From assembly GCA_048772705.1 (NCBI GenBank), contig JBLWGC010000041.1, forward strand, positions 1-64,000: 64,000 nucleotides of DNA, given 5' to 3'. Under the pieces are notes generated by a model. It saw only the letters and a program-made list of their open reading frames with translations. It was not told where the DNA came from and ran no database searches. Shown piece by piece: positions 53,501 through 64,000 of the stretch; the first letter of the stretch is position 1, and each line of letters begins with the position of its first letter. Source of the stretch: Leidyana gryllorum EB-2025a. Lineage: Eukaryota > Protista > Apicomplexa. The position numbers and the translations under genes were made by a program.

Positions 53501-54638
53501 TGAGTCCCCAACACTTTGTTCGCTAATCCTTCGCGATGTTAGTGAAGGAGTTCCACTACTCTCATGGTTGAACTCCGCGTTCGTCAAACGGTGAGTGGCT
53601 CGTGAGATTGTTCATACACATTCACAATCTTCCTTTGTTTTGCGAATGACTGTCGTTTTGCAGCCGAAGGAAGCCTTCGCATGAGATCTGCGTGTACTTT
53701 GCCTTTGTGGTAATAACTCTTGTCAGACAACTTCACTCTGTAAGTCTGCGCACGCTTCCTCGCTATGTGCAAATTGACTTTTCACATCAGTGTGGAATTA
53801 TACATGGGGACGTGAAGCCTGACAATTTTGTACTATTCCCTTCCACGGCGGACTTCCCGGCCAAGGATCTCTTCCTCCAGATCCAGCGGCCGAATCCTCT
53901 ACTTCGGGATATCATGGATAGCCCGCCAGTGATAATTGCAGGAATAGATTTTGGACGGAGCTTAGACGTGCACGAAACTCTCAGTGATGTCGTCTTTGTT
54001 GGTAGGTGGTCTCCTTTCGGAGGTCGGCATTAGATTACGAATTCTTATCAGGTGATACCCAAGTTTCGGACTTTCGATGTCCTCCCATGATCGATAAAGA
54101 GAGTTGGGAAGCCCAAATCGATTTGACAGGTTTGGCCGTGACCATCTTTACTATCATTAGCCTGAAATATCCGAAGATTAAGCGCAAGGTAACGGTTTGG
54201 CGGGAAGCTGGAGATGCAGGACCTCCTCAGACAGAGACAACCACCCAGCTTCGGAGTGCGACCGCGATGGAGCATTGTGCGGAGTTAAGTTTGGGAGAAG
54301 CTCGAGGCAGACTAGGGCGAGGCTATTGGTTCGGGCCGCGTGTGCGGTCGAACGCGTGCCAAAACGAGTTCTGGCTGGGATTGTTGGACCGTTTGATCAA
54401 CTTCGAGCCCGCCAAATCCGCTGACGGGCATACGACTGAAGACAGTTGTCGCATGCTCCAGCAGCTGGAGAATGAGTTGGTAGATGTATTCTTCAACGAC
54501 GCATACGAAGGAACTCAGCTAAAAGCACGACCGATGATCCTTCACTCTGAGCTGTTAGACTTGCACCAGTTCGTGGCGAGCCATACATCTCAGAATTCAG
54601 GAACAACATCTTCGAACAGTCGTGAAACCCCTACATGA
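50565..54638 (+). CDS. BUB1: BUB1-like checkpoint kinase (multi-exon; 5' exons uncertain)
   Basis: IGRGGTSAVF, VVKV, IIHGDVKPDNF, IDFGRSLD and FRCPPMIDKESWEAQIDLTGLAVTI match the Bub1 kinase signature. No TPR domain or KEN box recognised. Confidence 0.75.
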
Positions 54639-56067
54639 CACATACAGATGTCGGATCGCCATCATTCGCCTTCAGGATCAATGAAGGTCTCTTTCAGGAG
54701 CTGCAAAAAGTATTTGAAGAATACCAAAGAGCAGCTAACCTCCAGCAGCTCGACACGATATTCGTTGGTGTCGGCACCCTTGAGTACATCTTGAATAACC
54801 GTGACATTTACGCGGACCTGGAGCTACGGAACCGTTGACTTGGGCTGGTAGCTCATTTTACCTGTTCCAATGCGCCGGCAATGATCCCGCAAATGAAAGC
54901 ACTGTAATTAAGGTTCTCGAGTAGGGGTGGCAACTCCACAAATTCATAAAGTGGGTTGTGCGGCAACGAAATGTAACAAACAGACCCATCATTTTCAGTC
55001 CGTGTAAGGTCGGCGTTTACTCCCAAGAAGACCTTGAATCCAACCTACTAGCACCACACGTGTGTGCGAAGAAACAAAGACGATACCTTGGCTATTACTT
55101 CACACGTTTCAGCAAAGTTCGTGCAGCCACCAATTTGAGTCTTCGCAAGGAACTCTTCTATCATCCTCACACCGGTTTCAAAGCCCCTGTGATGGTTGTG
55201 GTGTGCTTCGCCTGACGCTTACAATCGTTCAAGCTCGGCATTGACTCCTTCCACATCCTCAGAATCCTTCAGCAACTGAGTCACGAGGCTGCCGTACATC
55301 AAGGCGACTAGCTCCGAATTCTATACAGATCTCTAGTTTGAGCGTCCCGAACGCTTGCATACCGTTTTCTCCATAGACTGGAAGACTGTTTCGCCCAGCT
55401 CCGAGTAGCTGGCGCGTCGAGACATGGTGAGGAGCAGGTGAACTGGGGTGTCAAGAGGTTCCGTGCGCCCAAGTGAGAATTTTTTTGGGGAACTAGCTAA
55501 GTCGGATATGCTGGGATGGTTCCCGAACACGGCGAGCTCGAACGCATTTCGAAGAGGAAGAGGGATCGAAGGTTGGCCCAATTGCCGTACACCCCAACCG
55601 AAGCTTACCGCCTGACACCGGAACAGGCTTTACTATTGCAAGCGAAGCTTGCGGAGTTAGCGTCCCATCAACAAGTATCAAGTAATGATACGGAGTCTAG
55701 TGGTGATATTCAGGACATTGAACAGAAAGTTCTGCAGCAATTGTCTTTAATGAAGAAGCTACGGAGTCCAGCTGCCCGGCCCCCACCACCAGCAGCCTCT
55801 CCCAACGACATGGTTCGGTCGCCCTTCCTAGCCCCCGCGTCCAGGAAAAGGAAACGTCAAGTGGAACCGAAGCGTAGTATAATTTGTCGAAGTTGCGGCC
55901 AGGTGAGTTCAGCTCCTATTGTCTCTATCATTGATTCTATTCTGCAGATCGCGTCTGTGAAGTTTGGCGATTATCTGTCCGGTTGTCCGAATTGTGGCGC
56001 GTGTGGGGACTTCGTATATCGGGCGAATGGTGGAGGAACTCCTCTTTTGGATGGTCATCAATGGTGA
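54635..56067 (+). CDS. Hypothetical multi-exon protein with a C-terminal CxxC..CxxC zinc ribbon
   Basis: Collinear short ORFs ending CRSCGQ..CPNCGAC; exon structure unresolved. Confidence 0.45.
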
Positions 56068-56194
56068 CTCAATGATTTCTAACGGGGAGGCCCGCCCACC
56101 CATACATTATGTTTCTGTACGCATGAAATATATGTGCGTCCGAAGAGATTGGAGAGCATGAAAGAGAGACTCAGCATAGATTCAAAGCTTGTAT

Positions 56195-59100
56195 CTACGG
56201 ATCCAGTCCATTCACACCGTCATCATGGGGCATTGGCATCATTGCGTCCATGTGGGGATATGACGGGCCTGGGTTGTTTGGATATGCGGCAGCAGAGGAA
56301 GCGGATGAGGGGTCCCCTTGCTGGTGCCTGTTGTAGCCTTCATTCACGCCAGCTACCTCGCCGCCTTGATGCGCCATCTGCCGAGGTGGAGGTGGCGGAG
56401 GCATGGGTGGTGGAGCGCCTCCATACACAGAGCCTCCCGATTGGGGCATCATAGGTCTCGGGGGCGGGGGAGGTCGTCCGTATCCCATGTGCGGCGGATA
56501 CTTCCCCTGAGGAGGAGGTGGAGGCGGCGGTTGAGACCGATTCCGCACAGGGGGGGGTGGTGCGCCAGCGGCGCTCAGAGCGGGAGAAGGCATATGGGAG
56601 GGCTGCGAAGGTCCCAATGGCGGCGAGCGACCACCTCTCGCACCATTCATCTTGTTTTGCATGGGCGGAGGAGGTGAAGGCACAGGAGGGCCACCCATGA
56701 CGGCATTTGGGACGTGATGGTGAGGAGGTCCCGCCGCCATTTGGGGTCCCATGCCAACAGAAGTAGGAGGATTCTGCGGCTGTTGAGGTCCGAGGACGGA
56801 GCTACCCGAACCCATTTGCGGGTGCTGGACCGATGAAGATTGTTGGTGTTGAGCCGCCTGTGGATGCTGTGCCGGGTGACGATGCAGCTGCGGTGTTACG
56901 CTTCTCGAGTTTGCCATTCCAGGTCCCGGCGGTTGAGATGCTCCTAATATGTATGGGGCAGGTTCTTGGAGTGGGGATGGCATCACAGGCTGATGCTGAT
57001 GTTGATGCTGCTGCGTCATTACGCCTCCACCAGTTCCATTAATGATGGTGGGAGGAGGCGAGCCCGTGCTGCCCTGGAACATCGACTCTTGATCGTCGTC
57101 GAAAGGGCGCCCTGCCATTTCTTCTTCAACATAATAACGAGCAATCTCTTCGAAATAGATTCGGGGAATAACATCACCGCCACGTTGAGCCACAGCAATG
57201 GCCTCGTAGTGCTGGGCAGTAAGCGCCCGCCTGAGACAGATTGGATCAAGCATGAAACCACCAGCAGCTCAGGTACACTCACTGTTTATCCATACGTTCC
57301 AAGAATCCTTGCACGGCTGGATCATCGCAGGCCTCCAGCAATAAGCCACAGGACCGTTGTATGGCTTCATTCACTTTGAGACTCATAGCCAAAGCAGGTA
57401 TCTCAGATACCGTGGAGAGCAATCGCTAGAAGAAGCAGCAGTAGACCAATCAATCCACGGGGAGCAGGACTTACCGCGACGTGCCCCATGAAACCTCCCA
57501 AGACTCCTTCCATCGCCGCCACTCGTAAACCCATGTCCAACTGCTGCACATATAGTGCATCGACTCCGCAACGCACAGCTTGAAGACGTCGGAACATCGC
57601 TTTGCAGGCGTTTTCGACCCGCTCGTGACCGATAGCGTTGTTCTCAGCGAGATCTTTTGCATATTGACCCACTGTGTAAATTGCGAACAGAAACAGAATG
57701 TATGGAGGGACTGAAAGCTTAAACTTACCCGTGTCTCCAACCACATTGGTAAAATCTTGTAATCGAACCTCCGGGGCTGCAAGACCGCCGCCAAAGGACG
57801 ACGGTGCTCCACTGATAGTGGTTTTGGTCGGCTCGACGCCCTGAGACTTGAAGGCGGTGTGTCCTTGACCGTCCAACACTGGCACATCACCGGGCTCGGG
57901 CACCCCAGCAGCAAGGCGAACTGCCCGTTCCCAATCTTTATCCTACAAGAAGTCGCTTGTTGGGAGAGAAGGCGACAGTGAGATTCTCACCATACGTAGC
58001 GACAGGACTTCCATCATCTTCTTTACATCATTCAATTCTATATTCAGTGTATTTTGGTCATAGCAGAGCTCATCACCAACCTTTCTTCACTTCCTGTCGT
58101 TGAGCGTTCCACCCGTGGACGAGAATGTCAGCTTTCTTTCGCCCGTTGTCTCTCAACAGATTGCACACAAGGAGAAAGCAGATCACCAGAGGCCATATCC
58201 CGTGCGGAGAGGACCACAGAATATCTATCCCCAGATAACGTGCTGCCCCATGTAGTCCCTCCTCGGAGAGAATCGAATGGGTCGTTCTCCATTGGTCGTG
58301 AAGCCAATCAGGGGAACTGAAGGCCACATCACTGAGCCTCCTGGTGACGGGGTGTTGCAGCACAGTTGTCGCAGGAGAGCCTTTCCACTGAACCCATTTA
58401 TCCATCCAGCCTGCAGCTCGGTAAAAATGTTGTTTCCCTTCTTGTAGGAAGGCGTCGCACTGGCTGCCGCCCGCCTCTGCACGTTCGGCCTCATAGGCAG
58501 CGATAATTGCCTCTATATCGGGCATGGGAGGACATTCCGCACACTCTGGCGCCGCAGGACATGGAGGTGGGGCGGGGCACTCAGGTATGGGTGGGCAGAC
58601 TGGGGCTGGAGGACACACTACTGGAGCAGGACACTCCGGAATCGGAGGACATATGACAGGTTCTGGACAAGTTACTGCCGCGGGACAGACCTTCTCCGCT
58701 GGACAGACTTTCTCTGGCGGACACACCACAGGCTCAGGGCATATAGTCTCTGCCGGACATACGATAGGATCGGGACATACGATCGGATCAGGACAGGTAA
58801 CAGGGGCAGGGCAAACTTGACATTTCTCGCAAACAGGGCATACTTCCTTTGGTGGGCACACTGTGGGAGGTGGACAAGCTTCACAGATCTTCTGCGCAGG
58901 ACACACTTTCTCGGGAGGACAAGCCGCACACACCTTCTCAGGAGGGCAATCCTGACAAACCTTCTCCGGCGGGCACTCCGGGCACGCTCGGGCTGATAGA
59001 TTGGGTTCCACTAACCCTTTAGGGATCCCAAGGCTGAGGTCATCAACTTGCGGGAAGTGGTTTAGCTTGTTAATTCCTGGGCCGTTGTGAACTAGTTTAG

Positions 59101-59212
59101 CTGCATTAGGCGGACCAGGCGGTGCAGAATGCAGGGGCATGTTGTCGGGTAGGTGTATATCATCAGCGGATGCTATCGCAATGGGCGCCACAAGAACTAA
59201 CCACTTCATCAT
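56195..59212 (-). CDS. Type I membrane protein: signal peptide, (CPxxxx)n stalk, TM segment, cytosolic helical region, Pro/Gln-rich tail (multi-exon)
   Basis: MMKWLVLVAPIAIASA, ~25 CX5 repeats, TM GIWPLVICFLLVCNLL. Introns 58080-58038 and 57990-57943 join in frame to ORF 57403-57903, and further GT-AG introns lead to ORF 56195-57253. Confidence 0.7.
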
Positions 59213-59250
59213 CGCACCAGCCCCATATCTCTCTTTTTTCGCTATGGTTT

Positions 59251-63701
<4,451 letters not shown>

Positions 63702-63753
63702 GGACTTCCCAATTGAAAATTCGGCTACTCAGACGACAAAGTTCACACGGTTT

Positions 63754-64000
63754 TTACACCAACACAGAGCGAGTCGCGAACAACTCAGGTGCCATGCCTT
63801 CAAGCTGTCCCACCATAGCTTCAACCTGTTTCGCCCAAGTACGGAAGTGGTCTGACAGCAGCTGAATCCTACACAGGCCGCTTGTTGACATCATCTAAAC
63901 ATCCCACTTACTTTGGCTGGTCCAACAACCGGGGCTGCAGCGAGGTGAAAGCAACCTTCTGCTCCACTTGGTCTATGCTGCCGTTCATCAACCCATGAGA
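63754..64000 (-). CDS. RPN9: 26S proteasome lid subunit Rpn9/PSMD13, last two exons (5'-partial)
   Basis: Manual translation GLMNGSIDQVEQKVAFTSLQPRLLD|IQLLSDHFRTWAKQVEAM..APELF matches the Rpn9 PCI C-terminus. Confidence 0.85.

Overview
Very gene-dense eukaryotic (protist) DNA with short GT-AG introns, mostly 40-56 bp. The PI4KIIIbeta N-terminus and the compaction suggest an alveolate, probably an apicomplexan such as a gregarine (inference, not proven). The window has three zones. (1) 1-5212: two apparently identical Ty3/gypsy LTR retrotransposon copies nested in opposite orientation, with 171-bp LTRs, a tRNA-Gly PBS and a single gag-pol ORF that opens inside the LTR. (2) 5213-~8676: a non-coding block with strand skew, two GC hairpins, an 11-bp satellite with higher-order repeats, a 43-bp tandem repeat and a G-run segment. 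It is followed by an intronless accessory island (8.6-18.7 kb) of five co-oriented, soluble, plant-type (PSPG-box) UDP-glycosyltransferases plus a bacterial-type HSL-family esterase. This island is the best candidate for an undescribed system: a small-molecule conjugation/detoxification cluster, possibly acquired horizontally. (3) 18.8-64 kb: tightly packed, mostly housekeeping genes. These are an F-box protein, a spliced TGS1-PHAX fusion, a G3BP-like protein, a RING E3, a CPR-like reductase with two flavodoxin domains, PP4c, a putative GPI surface protein, SEC31, ECD, a giant low-complexity protein, POLD2, a BUB1-like kinase, a CX5-repeat membrane protein, PI4KB and the 3' end of RPN9. All calls come from manual reading and motif recall; no searches were run.
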